A stretch of 64,000 bases of DNA from Candidatus Eiseniibacteriota bacterium (GTDB lineage: Bacteria; Eisenbacteria; RBG-16-71-46; CAZAMP01), in the NCBI GenBank assembly GCA_965224245.1, contig CBDCYW010000010.1, positions 9,617-73,616 on the forward strand. Direction: 5' to 3'. The notes below the pieces were generated by a model that saw only the letters and a list, made by a program, of their open reading frames with translations, was not told where the DNA came from and ran no database searches. This document shows, piece after piece, positions 50,770 through 61,594 of the stretch. Within the stretch, counting starts at the first letter, position 1. Each line of letters starts with the position of its first letter. A program made the position numbers and the translations under genes.

Positions 50770-52996
50770 CTGAGAGCACGTGCACCCATGCCCTGATGTG
50801 TGCGGACCGTGGATGGCGGATCTTTCCGCTGGCGCCGGGCACGAAGATACCGGTTCCGGGATGCCACTGGCCAGAAGAGGCAACGCGGGATCCGGTGGTG
50901 ATCGCCCGGTGGTGGGAGACCTCCACCCACCCCAACTACGGGGTGGTCACCGGGCAGATCAGCGGTATCTTCGTCGTGGACATCGACCGCCATGGGCAGG
51001 ACGACGCGGAGTCAGGGGTAGCGGATGGCCTGGTCAGTCTCGGCCTCTTGGAGGCCGAGCATGGTGAGGTCCCGCCGACCTTGACGGTGCGCACGCCCAG
51101 CGGTGGAGTGCATCTCTACTTCCAGTATCCCGAGGGCGGCGTGGCGAACTCGGTCGGGAAGATCGGTCTCAGCATCGATGTCCGTGGCGACGGGGGTTAT
51201 GTCGTCGGTCCAGGATCGGTCGTGGGCAGCGTTCCATACGCCATCATTGATCGGTGGCGTGGATGACCCTCACCGAGGTTTGGATCGCCGACGCACCGGT
51301 GTGGTTGATCGAGCGGGCCCGGGGCATAGCCAAGACGTCCCCTGTGACTCCGCCGCGACTCTCGAGCAACGTCAAGACGGTGGGCGAGATCATGACCGAA
51401 GCCGGTCGCCTCGAGGGTTTCAAGGAGACCGAGCCGGGCAAACTGACCGGGTGCTGCCTCTTTCACGAGGACCGGCATCCGTCCGCGGTGATCTGGTTGG
51501 GCGACGGCGAGGACCTCGGAACCTACCACTGCTCGGCGGGCTGCGGATCGTTCGGGGCGAAGGGGCTAGCGAGGCGGCTGGGGGTTCCCTTCTACAAGCG
51601 CCGTGTGGCCGGAGGGCTGAGGGGCGGCGCACCGAAGCCGACGTACCTTCTGGACGATGTCGGCAACGCCGAACGCCTGGTGGATCGGTTCGGGGACCGG
51701 ATCCGGTACTGCCCCCAGCGCAAGATCTGGCTGCTCTGGACGGGGAGACACTGGCAATGGGACGAGGCCGAGCACATCTACGAGTACGCTCGGCGGGCGG
51801 TGACGGCGATCTTCGATGAAGCGCGTGACTGCAGCGACGATGCCCGTGCCAGCCAGCTCGCCAAGCACGCCGCGCGCTCCCGTAGTCACAAGTCTCTCCA
51901 GCACTTGATCGCCCAGGCGGCCACGATGGGGTCAGTGGGGATCGCGCTCACCGATCTCGACCCCGATCCCTGGCTCTTCAACCTCGAGAACGGCACGATC
52001 GACCTCCGGACCGGCGAGCAGCGTGCCCACGACCCCACCGACTACATCACCAAGATCGCCCCGGTCCGCCATGACCGCGATGCCGATGCCCCGCGCTGGC
52101 GCCAGTGCCTCACCGAGATCTTCGATGGTGACGAGGAGACGATCGCCTTCTTCCAGCGGTGGGTTGGGTATGCCATGACTGGCGTTGTGCGTGATCACGT
52201 TGTCCTCATCGCCTACGGGACGGGTCGGAACGGCAAGAGCACGGTCTTCGAGCGGTTGCGGGACGTGTGGGGGGACTACGCGGTGGCAGTGCCTTTTGGC
52301 GCCTTCACCGAGAGCCGCTATCGCGATGACACCGGTGCACGGCCCGATATCATGCGCATGCGCGGCGCCCGCATGATCACCACCTCCGAGGGTGCGTTCG
52401 GAACCTACCTGGACGAGAGCACGATCAAGCGCCTCAGCGGAGGCGACCACATCTATGCCCGCGGCATGCGCGAGAACGGGGGCGAGTTCCAGGTGGTCGG
52501 GAAGTGCATTCTTCAGACCAACCACCGGCCGCTGGTCAAGGGCACCGACGTCGCCCTCAAGTCCCGCCTACGGCTCTTGCCCTTCACGGTGAGCTTCGAG
52601 GGGCGCGAGGACACCGAGCTGCCCGAGAAGCTGCGCGAGGAGCTGCCGGGGATCCTCAACTGGGCGCTCCAGGGATGTCGGCAGTACCTCGAAACCGAAG
52701 GCGTTGGGGTATGTGCGGCGGTGGAAGCCACCACCCGTGACTACTTCACCGACATGGACGTGATCCAGGCTTTCCTCGACGAGTGGGTGGTGGTGGGCCA
52801 TGAGATCGTGTTCGGCGATCTCTACGAGGCGTACCGCCATCACTGCCAGGAGTCCGGCACCTACCCGCTCTCGGGGCAGCGCCTCGGAGAACGCCTCACC
52901 GAGAAGGGGATCGGCAAGCAGAAGCGCGGGGGGCGGTCGTATCGCACCGGTATCGTGCTCGCGAAAACCGTTCCGCGGGAGGAGTCGGCTCGATGA
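50766..52996 (+). pseudogene. Prim-Pol primase fused to P4/D5-type SF3 helicase, frameshifted near 51255
   Basis: VVDID, TPSGGVHLYF, DVRGDGGYVVGPGS; then DVGNAERL, GTGRNGKST, TNHRP. Confidence 0.82.
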
Positions 52997-53276
52997 TCAC
53001 GCAATACCTACCGAGGTCCACGTACCAGCGCTGTGCCGGGCCGGGTGATGGTCGCAACGGTGTCATGAGTATCCTGGGCGACGAGCAGGAGCGTCGCGGA
53101 GTGCCGCAACCCGTCATGAGTGTCCTGCAAAAGGGGGGAGAGCATGACACCAAGGACGCTCAGGGCCCATTTACCTATAGACCTCTATACCTCTCTCTAT
53201 GGGATCTATACCTAAACCACCCTCAGTTGTCCTATCTGTCATGGGGGCGGCACGGGGCCCGATCTGGAGGCGGGGC

Positions 53277-54377
53277 ATGAGGCGCTATCGTGGAGCCCGC
53301 TCGCTCTGGTCCGCCCTCCCGGCCTACCTCGGCGGCAAGCGCCGCCTCTGCCCGATGATCTTCCGGGAGCTCGATCGCGTCCTGCCCCGGGGCCAGTGGC
53401 CCGGCCTGCGATTCCTCGACGGGTTCCTCGGCGGGGGGGCGGTGTCGCTCTACGCCAAGGCCCAGGGGTTCCAGGTCCACGCGATCGACATCGCCGATCG
53501 TTCGATCGTCGTGGGCAACGCGCTCATCGCCAACTCGCGCGCGCAGCTCGTGAAGGCCGACATCGTCCGCGCCCTGTCCCGCGACCGGTCGCGCCCGGGC
53601 CGCATCGAGACCGAGATGGTCCCGGCGGTCTTTCCCGTCAACGTCGCCCGGTTTCTCGACGGTGCCCTGGCCGAGGCCGCGTCGGCGGACGATCCGGCTC
53701 ACGCGGCACTTTTGAGGCTCCTCGTCATCAAGGTCGCCATGCTGGCACATCCGATGGCGCAAGTGAGGCCGGGCACGGCTCACCGTATGGCCACCGGCGA
53801 GTACGAGTCGATCACCGAGAGCTGTGTGAAGACGTACGTCGACGCGGCTCGGCTGACGACCCCAGCCCGGCTCTGGCGCGTGGCCGAGGCGATCAACGCC
53901 GGCGTCTTCGGCGGTACGGGCCGGGTGTGGCAAGGGAGCGCGCTCGATCTTCTCGACGACGTCGAGGCCGACGTCGCGTACTTCGATCCGCCGTACCCCG
54001 GGACGACCCCCTACGAGCGGGAGTACCGGACGCTGGATCGGATTCTCGGGGACGAGCGCTCGGAGATCAGCGCCTTCAGCCGGCGTGGCGGCGTCGGACT
54101 CCTCGACGAGCTCCTGGACCGATCGCGGCACATCCCCGTCGTGCTGCTCTCGTGCGGGAACGCTGAGATCACGCTCGCGGAGCTCGAGGCGAGAATGCAA
54201 CGGGTCGGTCGTGACGTCCGCGGGCTGGAGATCCCCTACGCGCACAAGGCCAGCGTCGCCCGGGCGTCGGTGCGCGAACGCAACCGCGAGCTGCTCGTGA
54301 TCGGGGTCGATCCCGCGGCAAACCCGGAATCTCGCGCCACCCGTGCCACCCGTCTGACGGCGGAGGTCCTCCGATGA
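53277..54377 (+). CDS. DNA adenine methyltransferase (D12/Dam-like)
   Basis: YLGGK, DGFLGGGAV, YFDPPY. Confidence 0.88.
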   Translation: MRRYRGARSLWSALPAYLGGKRRLCPMIFRELDRVLPRGQWPGLRFLDGFLGGGAVSLYAKAQGFQVHAIDIADRSIVVGNALIANSRAQLVKADIVRALSRDRSRPGRIETEMVPAVFPVNVARFLDGALAEAASADDPAHAALLRLLVIKVAMLAHPMAQVRPGTAHRMATGEYESITESCVKTYVDAARLTTPARLWRVAEAINAGVFGGTGRVWQGSALDLLDDVEADVAYFDPPYPGTTPYEREYRTLDRILGDERSEISAFSRRGGVGLLDELLDRSRHIPVVLLSCGNAEITLAELEARMQRVGRDVRGLEIPYAHKASVARASVRERNRELLVIGVDPAANPESRATRATRLTAEVLR

Positions 54378-55060
54378 CCAGCGCACCGCGTCCCCCCGAG
54401 ACCCGCATGATTCCGCTCGGGAACCTCCAGCCCCACCCGCTCAACGCGAACGTGATGCCAGAGGACCTTCTGGCGAAGCTGACCACGCACATCAAGCGTA
54501 CCGGTCGCTACCCGCATCTCATCGTGCGTCCCCATCCCACCGAGCCCGGCCGCTATCAGGTCCTCGACGGGCACCACCGGATCCGGGCGCTGGAGCAGCT
54601 CGGGCACACCGACGCCCGATGCGACATCTGGGACGTGAACGATCACGAAGCCAAGCTCCTCCTCGCCACGCTCAACCGACTCGAGGGCGACGATATACCC
54701 GTTCGCCGAGCCCAACTCCTGCATGAGCTCCTCGGCGAGATGGGGTCTGACGACCTGGCCGGACTGGTGCCCGAGACCGGCGGGGAGATCGCCGACCTGC
54801 ACCGCCTCCTGGAGTTTCCCGAAGATGACATTGTCGCGGAGCTCTCCGCAAACGCGGACGAGGAGGAGAAGCGACTGCCGCGGGTGATGACGTTCGTCGT
54901 GCTACCTGAGCAAGCGCTGGTGATCGAAGAAGCGGTCGAAGCCGCATCGGATGGCATCTCCGGTCGCGACCGCAAAGCGCGAGGCCTCCTGAACCTCGCC
55001 CGTCACTACCTCGAGGTGTACCGTGGCGAAGAAGCCGACGATCCAATCGAAGCGTCGTGA
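54374..55060 (+). CDS. ParB/Srx-like N-terminal domain protein
   Basis: PHPLNAN, YQVLDGHHR, LNRLEG. Confidence 0.85.
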   Translation: MTSAPRPPETRMIPLGNLQPHPLNANVMPEDLLAKLTTHIKRTGRYPHLIVRPHPTEPGRYQVLDGHHRIRALEQLGHTDARCDIWDVNDHEAKLLLATLNRLEGDDIPVRRAQLLHELLGEMGSDDLAGLVPETGGEIADLHRLLEFPEDDIVAELSANADEEEKRLPRVMTFVVLPEQALVIEEAVEAASDGISGRDRKARGLLNLARHYLEVYRGEEADDPIEAS

Positions 55061-55583
55061 AGCGCGACGGATCTATCTGACCGGCGAGTGTGACTCGAAC
55101 GCCGAGATCGCGCGACGTCTCGAAGTCAAACCTCACACCGTCGGCCGCTGGCGCAAGGACGAGGCGTGGGACGACCTCCGCCTGAAGGTGGATCGTCGTG
55201 CCGCCGAGCAGATGGTCGAGAAGCTCGCCGGTGAGCGAACGACCCTGAACCTCCGCCACTACAAGTTCTGGGATGTGTTGCTCGGCCACGTCGGCACACT
55301 CCTGGGGAAGAATGACGGGTTCGACGTCCGCGAACTCGAACGGATCGGCATGGTCGTCGACCGAGCCCAGAAGGGACAGCGGTTGGCGCGAGGGCTTTCG
55401 CTCTCGGGAGAGAACGAGGAGCAGATCCGAGCGCAGGCCGATGCGGAGGCGCGCGAGCTCGTGGATGCCTTCGTTGAAGCGGTCACGACGCAGGTCGAGG
55501 ACGAGACCGTTCGCGACCGGATCCGTGAAGCCGTCCTCGAACGGTTGCCGGGAGCAGACGCCAACGCGAAGTCGGGCACATGA
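55023..55583 (+). CDS. HTH protein, probable terminase small subunit
   Basis: EIARRLEVKPHTVGRWRKDEAW; overlaps the large terminase start. Confidence 0.65.
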   Translation: MAKKPTIQSKRREARRIYLTGECDSNAEIARRLEVKPHTVGRWRKDEAWDDLRLKVDRRAAEQMVEKLAGERTTLNLRHYKFWDVLLGHVGTLLGKNDGFDVRELERIGMVVDRAQKGQRLARGLSLSGENEEQIRAQADAEARELVDAFVEAVTTQVEDETVRDRIREAVLERLPGADANAKSGT

Positions 55584-57223
55584 GCCGGCAACTGCCCTAC
55601 GTGCGCTCGCGTCTCATGGAAATGGCATCGCCCGCCACGCGCAGTCAGACGACGCCGCTGGCCGAGTGGGCATTGCGGCGCATTCGGCTCGACGGCCGTC
55701 CGTTCGCGTTCGAGGGGCACGCGTACCTGCGGGCTATCTACGACGACACCTCACCGCACGTCGTTCTGATGAAAGCAGCCCAGATCGGCGGTAGCACCTG
55801 GGCGATCCTCCGAGCGCTCCACGCGTGTCTGGCCGGGCTGAACGTCATCTACTTCTTTCCGACGCGAAGCGACGTCATCGACTTCTCGAAGTCCCGGGTA
55901 AAGCCGCTGCTCGAGGAGAACCCGTTTCTCTCGACGAACCTCCGCGATACCGACACCGCGGGACTGAAACGCATCGGCGCCGCCCATCTCTACTTTCGCG
56001 GCATGAAGAGCGCCGTCGACGTGAAGTCGGTGCCGGCGGACATGGTGGTGTTCGACGAGCTGGACGAGGCATCGCCTGATGCGAAGACCCGGGCGCTCGA
56101 GCGACTGAGCCATTCCTCATACAAGCGCGTGATCGAGCTTTCGAATCCCTCGATCCCTTCCTACGGGATCGACGAGTCCTTTCAACGAAGCGATCAGCGA
56201 CACTGGACCCTGAAGTGCCCCGGCTGCGGTGAATGGACCTGTCTCGACACCGCGTTTCCAAAGGCGCTCGGTCAGGACGTGTCCGTCATCCGTGAGCGTG
56301 AGAGCGGCGGCTTCTACCGAGCGTGCCCCGCTTGTGGCGGCGAGCTGGATCCCGAAGCCGGGGAGTGGGTCGCGAGGTACCCCGATCGCCCGATCCATGG
56401 TTATCGGATCTCCCAGCTGTTCTCACCCATGATCGATCCCGGTGAGATCCTGCGAGAGTACCGACGCACGCGCTTCCCGGAGAGGTTCTACAACCTGAAG
56501 ATCGGGATCGCGTGGGTGGATCGAGCCAACCGACTTCACCCCGATGAGGTGCTGGCGCTTTGCCGCGATGTGGGCATGAGCGCGAACAGCGAGGACGCCT
56601 GTGTCATGGGGGTCGACACGGGCAAGGCGCTACATGTGGTCATTGGCGCGACACTGGAGACCGACGGCGGCGGGCAACGCATCGTCCATATCGATATCGT
56701 CGATGACTTCGCCGAGCTCGACGTGCTCATGGAGCGGTTCAACGTCTGCCGCTGCGTCATCGACGGACTCCCCGAAACCCATGCGGCCCGTGCGTTCGCA
56801 CGTCGATACCCTGAGCGGGTGTACCTGAACTTCTTCAACGAGAACCAACGAGGCATGCCTCGCTGGGATGAGGAGAGCTTCACCGTCCAGGAGAACAGAA
56901 CCGAGGCGCTGGATGCGTCGCGCCGCGCGTTTCGGGATCGCGAGGTCCAGCTGCCGCGGCGAAGTCCGATCCTGGAAGAGTTCGCGGAGCATCTCTCGTG
57001 CGACGTCAAGCAACTCGTCGAGAATGAAGAGACCGGCGCGCAGAGCTACCGGTACGTACGGACCGGGCCGAACCACTTCAGCATGGCGTTTACGTACGCG
57101 TGGCTCGCCTTTGAGATGGAGCGCAGAGGTGGTGGCTCGCAGATGAAATGGATACCCGTGAAGTCGCTCCTCAGCTTCGACGACGATTGCACGTTCCAAG
57201 GGCTCTGGAACGAACCGTTTTGA
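55580..57223 (+). CDS. Terminase large subunit (GpA-like)
   Basis: MKAAQIGGST, VVFDELD, CPGC...CPAC, MGVDTG nuclease motif. Confidence 0.85.
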   Translation: MSRQLPYVRSRLMEMASPATRSQTTPLAEWALRRIRLDGRPFAFEGHAYLRAIYDDTSPHVVLMKAAQIGGSTWAILRALHACLAGLNVIYFFPTRSDVIDFSKSRVKPLLEENPFLSTNLRDTDTAGLKRIGAAHLYFRGMKSAVDVKSVPADMVVFDELDEASPDAKTRALERLSHSSYKRVIELSNPSIPSYGIDESFQRSDQRHWTLKCPGCGEWTCLDTAFPKALGQDVSVIRERESGGFYRACPACGGELDPEAGEWVARYPDRPIHGYRISQLFSPMIDPGEILREYRRTRFPERFYNLKIGIAWVDRANRLHPDEVLALCRDVGMSANSEDACVMGVDTGKALHVVIGATLETDGGGQRIVHIDIVDDFAELDVLMERFNVCRCVIDGLPETHAARAFARRYPERVYLNFFNENQRGMPRWDEESFTVQENRTEALDASRRAFRDREVQLPRRSPILEEFAEHLSCDVKQLVENEETGAQSYRYVRTGPNHFSMAFTYAWLAFEMERRGGGSQMKWIPVKSLLSFDDDCTFQGLWNEPF

Positions 57224-58013
57224 CTCGACTCGCGTGGGAACGCGGGACGCATGGCTGCTGGTTCGGTGTGACGTGGGTGCCGAAGCCGGGCCCGTATACA
57301 TGTGGCGTCAGCGACTGCCCAACGAGAATCGAGGAGTCTGAAACGCGGCAGGCTCCGAAAAGGTCCGCCGCGGAGTCGGGTGTTTCGCCCAAGGAGATGT
57401 CCGGCACGCGGCATGGCCCCCGCCGAAAGCGGCCCGTGAGCGGCATGCCTGAAGGCCGAACCGGTCGAAAAACGGCACGGTATGACGCGTCTCCCGACGC
57501 GGCGAGTTCCCGTAAGTCTTTTGTCAGCAAGCACAAGGGGCGCTGACGGCAGTGCTCGGTGCGGACGAGTGCCGCGCGAAACCTCCCGAAACCTGCCGCT
57601 TGGCTGCCGCTCGTCTGCCCAAGAGCATCGCTGAACGCCCAGCGAGGCTCTCTGTCGTCATTCGACACGGAAACGATTATATGGCTTGCGGTTACGGTGG
57701 GGGCGACTCGCGCACGGATTGCTATGGAGACCCCTGTCGCACTGTCGCACCAGCTCGAAGGCGTGCGTCCCCCACCGGGATCGGCGGTAGACTCACCGGA
57801 CCATTCCACACTAATAGGGGGGTAGCGATGCGTTGGTCCGCCAAGTCTTTCGCGTTCGTCGGGCTGGGCGTGTTCGCCCTGGTTGCAAGCTACGTGCTCG
57901 GGTCTCGCGATCCGTTGTGGCTGAGCCCGGAGGGCTAGCGACCCCGTGTGTCGGCATCGCGGCCGTTCTTGAGCCGGGTTCTAGCCACGGACCCTTGAGC
58001 TCGTATCTAGTGT

Positions 58014-59228
58014 TTGCCGCCTTCGAAAACGGAGACGTGTGGCGACGGAGGACGGATGGCCCTACTTACGATTGGGATTTCATGCCACCTTCTGGGGCGT
58101 ACGCGCGAAGAGTGGGGTGGCGAACGCGCCGAGGAGCTGACCTTTTTTGACTCGAGGCGCCTCGCGGAGTGCCTCGATGTCTCTCTCACCAGGGTCACGA
58201 AGACCTTGAAGGCGGCAGAGCAGAAACTCCGATCGCACCGTCAGGCGCTCGTACGCGTGGTACGCGATGTAGAGGAGCCGCTGGGGATCGTCGCCAGAAG
58301 CTCCAAGATGCAACACGTCGTGGAGCTGGCACGACGCGTGGCGAAGGTGGATGCTACGATACTCATCACCGGCGAGAGCGGAGTGGGCAAGGAACGGATC
58401 GCGCGTCTCGTCCACGACGAGTCAACGCGCGCCGCGGGACCGTTCATCGCCGTCAACTGCGGTGCCATCACGGAGACGCTCCTCGAGAGTGAACTTTTCG
58501 GGCACAAGCGGGGCGCGTTCACTGGGGCCGCTTCGGACCGGCCTGGGCTGTTCGAAGCGGCCAATCACGGAACGCTGCTGCTGGACGAGATCGGCGACGT
58601 CTCTCCGGGCATGCAGGTCAAGCTCCTGCGGGTGCTTCAGGAGAGGGAGATCCGTCGGGTCGGGGAGAACAAGAGCCGACCGGTGAACGTGCGCGTTCTG
58701 GCCGCCACGAACCGCGACCTTGCCCACGGCGTTGCTGAAGGTACCTTCCGGCAGGACCTCTATTACCGGCTCAAGGTCGTCGACCTGTACGTTCCGCCGC
58801 TCCGCGATCGCAGGGACGACATCCTGCCGCTCGCCCGGCTGCTGCTCGCGGATGCGGCGGTTCGGATGGCTCGCGGGATCACGGGCCTCGCCGCAGGTAC
58901 CGCCGATCAGCTGCTGCGCTATGCGTGGCCAGGCAACGTACGCGAGCTCGAGAACGCCATGGAGCGCGCTGTCGCGCTTGCGCGCGGGGATCGCGTGGAT
59001 CTCGTCGATCTGCCCGAGGAGGTCCGTCAAGCGTTCCCCAAGCCGGTCGTCAGCGAGGGAACGGTGCACCCGCTCAGTGACATTGAAAAGGAGTACATCC
59101 TTGCCGTGCTCGAGCTGAACCGTGGAAACCAGACGCGCACAGCGGAGCAGCTGCAGATCGGCTCGGCGACGCTGTACCGAAAGCTCAAGAAGTATGGCGT
59201 GATCCGCGGTAAGCGTGCGGGTTCGTAG
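58014..59228 (+). CDS. Sigma-54 enhancer-binding protein, probably 5'-truncated (sensor domain largely missing)
   Basis: [29 protein letters not shown], Fis HTH; no convincing start; degraded ORFs upstream. Confidence 0.82.
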   Translation: MPPSKTETCGDGGRMALLTIGISCHLLGRTREEWGGERAEELTFFDSRRLAECLDVSLTRVTKTLKAAEQKLRSHRQALVRVVRDVEEPLGIVARSSKMQHVVELARRVAKVDATILITGESGVGKERIARLVHDESTRAAGPFIAVNCGAITETLLESELFGHKRGAFTGAASDRPGLFEAANHGTLLLDEIGDVSPGMQVKLLRVLQEREIRRVGENKSRPVNVRVLAATNRDLAHGVAEGTFRQDLYYRLKVVDLYVPPLRDRRDDILPLARLLLADAAVRMARGITGLAAGTADQLLRYAWPGNVRELENAMERAVALARGDRVDLVDLPEEVRQAFPKPVVSEGTVHPLSDIEKEYILAVLELNRGNQTRTAEQLQIGSATLYRKLKKYGVIRGKRAGS

Positions 59229-59463
59229 GTCATCGCACTGAGGATCGAAACCATGCAAGTCGGCGCCGCATTTCTTGCTTGCCGAGTCAGCGCTCGACTC
59301 TGCCCGGATCTTCGGCGGTCAACCCTAGTCTCGGGATCGAAGCGACCTTGCTCTAACACATGTGGTCTATCCCTCCCTCCAGTGCAGGGTGACTGCTGCG
59401 AATGCCGCCCAGGATGCACCGTCTCTTCCTGTGACCGCACACACAGTCTTCGAGAGTAGTCCC

Positions 59464-61257
59464 GTGCTCGACATCGTCCTGGTCTACTCGCTCATAGTGA
59501 TCGCCCTGGTTCTCTTCGTCTCCGAGAAGTTCCGGGCCGATCTCGTCGCCATTCTCGTCATGGGCACACTGATGGTCATCGGAGTGCTCCGACCCGGCTT
59601 CCTCACCGTGGAGGAGGCGGTATCCGGTTTCAGCAACCAGGCGACGGTGACGATCGCCGCCATGTTCGTTCTCGGCAACGGGCTCGTGAAAACCGGCGTC
59701 GTTCGCGCCATCGGCCACCGGCTGATCGATCTCGCTGGCGGCAGCGAGGGTCGCCTCTTCCTCGTGCTCATGACGACCGCCGGCCTGGTCTCGGCGTTCC
59801 TCAACAACACCGCCGCCGTCGCGGTGTTTCTGCCGATTACGCTGAGAGTCTGCCGGCAGTATCGCATCAGCCCCTCCCGTTTCCTCATGCCGCTCTCTTT
59901 CATCTCCATCGTGGGCGGGACCTGCACCGTGATTGGTACGTCGACGAACATCCTTGTCAGCTCGATGTCCGCGGGGGCCGGGCTCGGCGAGTTCGGGATG
60001 TTCGAGCTGACGAAGCTAGGCGGGATCTTCTTTCTCGTAGGGCTCTTGTATCTCACTCTCGTCCGGCACCGCCTACTCCCCGGCCGTACCGATGCCCACG
60101 ACCTCACAAAGAAGTACCGGGTGGACGACTATTTCACACTACTCGTCCTGGACCAGAAGTCGTCCCTCGTACAGCGCACGCCGGCCGAAGCTCAACTCGA
60201 TCAAAGGTACGACGTGACGGTACTCGAGATTCATCGCGGGGAGGAGCGGATCTGGACGGACCTTCGGGATACAAAGTTCCACGACGGCGACGAGCTCCTC
60301 GTGCGCGGCTCGGCCCAGAACATCGTGGAGATGACCGGTTCCGAAGGAGTCTCCATTCGCGCCGATGTCAGGTACGCCGACCAGAGTCTCACGACCGAGG
60401 AGACGATGCTAGCCGAGGCCATCATCGCACCGTCGTCACGGCTGATCGGACGCACATTGGGGGCGGCGAACTTCCGGCGTCGACACGGAGTCGTCGCGCT
60501 GGGCATCCGCAAACACGGGCAGACGATCCGGAACAAGATCGGCAGTATCCGGCTCGCTGCCGGCGACTCGCTCCTGATCCAGGGAAGGCGCGCGGCTGTC
60601 GAAGCACTCGTCGACGATCCGAGCTTTCTCGTGCTGGAGGAGCTGGAGATACCGCCAGACCGGCGACACAAGGCACCGCTCGCTCTCACGACGATCGGAC
60701 TGGTGGTCGCACTTGCCGCTCTCGGGATCATGCCGATCGCAGCGTCAGCGATCACGGGCTGCATTCTCCTGGTCCTCGGAGGGTGCATCAAGCTGCAGGA
60801 GGCTTACGACTCCATCGACTGGTTCGTGATCTTCATGCTGGCCGGCCTGATTCCGCTCGGCATCGCCATGGAGAGAACGGGCGCCGCCTCAATGATCGCT
60901 GAGGGCATTCTCGCACTGACCCGCGGCCTTGGTCCGGTGGCGGTCGTGTCGGTGTTCTATCTCGTGACGACCATCTTCGCCTCGGTGATGTCTCACAACG
61001 CGGCTGCCATCCTACTAGTTCCAATCGGCATCGCCACTGCGCTGGAGATGAGTGTGAGCCCGCTACCGATCCTGCTCGCAATCACGTTCGCCGCTTCCTC
61101 CGCACTCAGCACACCCTTCGGCTATCATACGAACATGATGGTCTACGGTCCCGGAGGCTACAGGTTCACCGACTATCTCAGGGTCGGTGTGCCCCTGAAC
61201 CTCTTGCTCTGGGCCGTGGCCTCCTTCCTGATCCCCCTCGTGTGGCCCCTGCGGTAG
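59464..61257 (+). CDS. SLC13/CitMHS-type permease with two TrkA-C domains
   Basis: SAFLNNT, GTSTN, TPFGYHTNMMVYGPGGYRFTDY; soluble central region. Confidence 0.9.
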   Translation: MLDIVLVYSLIVIALVLFVSEKFRADLVAILVMGTLMVIGVLRPGFLTVEEAVSGFSNQATVTIAAMFVLGNGLVKTGVVRAIGHRLIDLAGGSEGRLFLVLMTTAGLVSAFLNNTAAVAVFLPITLRVCRQYRISPSRFLMPLSFISIVGGTCTVIGTSTNILVSSMSAGAGLGEFGMFELTKLGGIFFLVGLLYLTLVRHRLLPGRTDAHDLTKKYRVDDYFTLLVLDQKSSLVQRTPAEAQLDQRYDVTVLEIHRGEERIWTDLRDTKFHDGDELLVRGSAQNIVEMTGSEGVSIRADVRYADQSLTTEETMLAEAIIAPSSRLIGRTLGAANFRRRHGVVALGIRKHGQTIRNKIGSIRLAAGDSLLIQGRRAAVEALVDDPSFLVLEELEIPPDRRHKAPLALTTIGLVVALAALGIMPIAASAITGCILLVLGGCIKLQEAYDSIDWFVIFMLAGLIPLGIAMERTGAASMIAEGILALTRGLGPVAVVSVFYLVTTIFASVMSHNAAAILLVPIGIATALEMSVSPLPILLAITFAASSALSTPFGYHTNMMVYGPGGYRFTDYLRVGVPLNLLLWAVASFLIPLVWPLR

Positions 61258-61594
61258 TAGATAGATCCAGTCGCTCGATGTTCGACGATGGGGGGCGACC
61301 ATCAAGTCGTGACCTCACCGCGCGCGCCCTTGTCGGCCGACGCGGTGCGAGGGGTTCCGCGGCGCGGAAACATCGTCTTGCCATCCGGCGCCCACGGAGA
61401 GAGTGTCCTCGTCGCGGGCTGTCGTCGCACGCAACGTCTGGACCCGATGTCCGGCCCGATGAGCAAAGCGTCGACGCCGCGTCCTCGTATGCAACTCGCT
61501 ACGCGGAACTGCTCGCACCGGAGCCTGGATACGAGAGGCCGACGGGACTCGCTTCGCTCAAGGCGACGAGGGTCTCGCTGAGGAGCTGTTCGCG

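Larger units (their letters stand above)
43482..57540. mobile_element. Serine-recombinase/DUF2924 phage-like integrative element; boundaries approximate
   Basis: Recombinase module on -, replication, methylase and terminase genes on +; att sites not identified. Confidence 0.7.

Noticed and set aside
57827-58100. Short ORFs as functional genes
   Set aside because: Fragmented by stops and frame changes; probably a decayed gene at a junction.
59260-59290. Sigma-54 promoter upstream of the SLC13 permease
   Set aside because: GG-to-GC spacing does not fit N10 on either strand.
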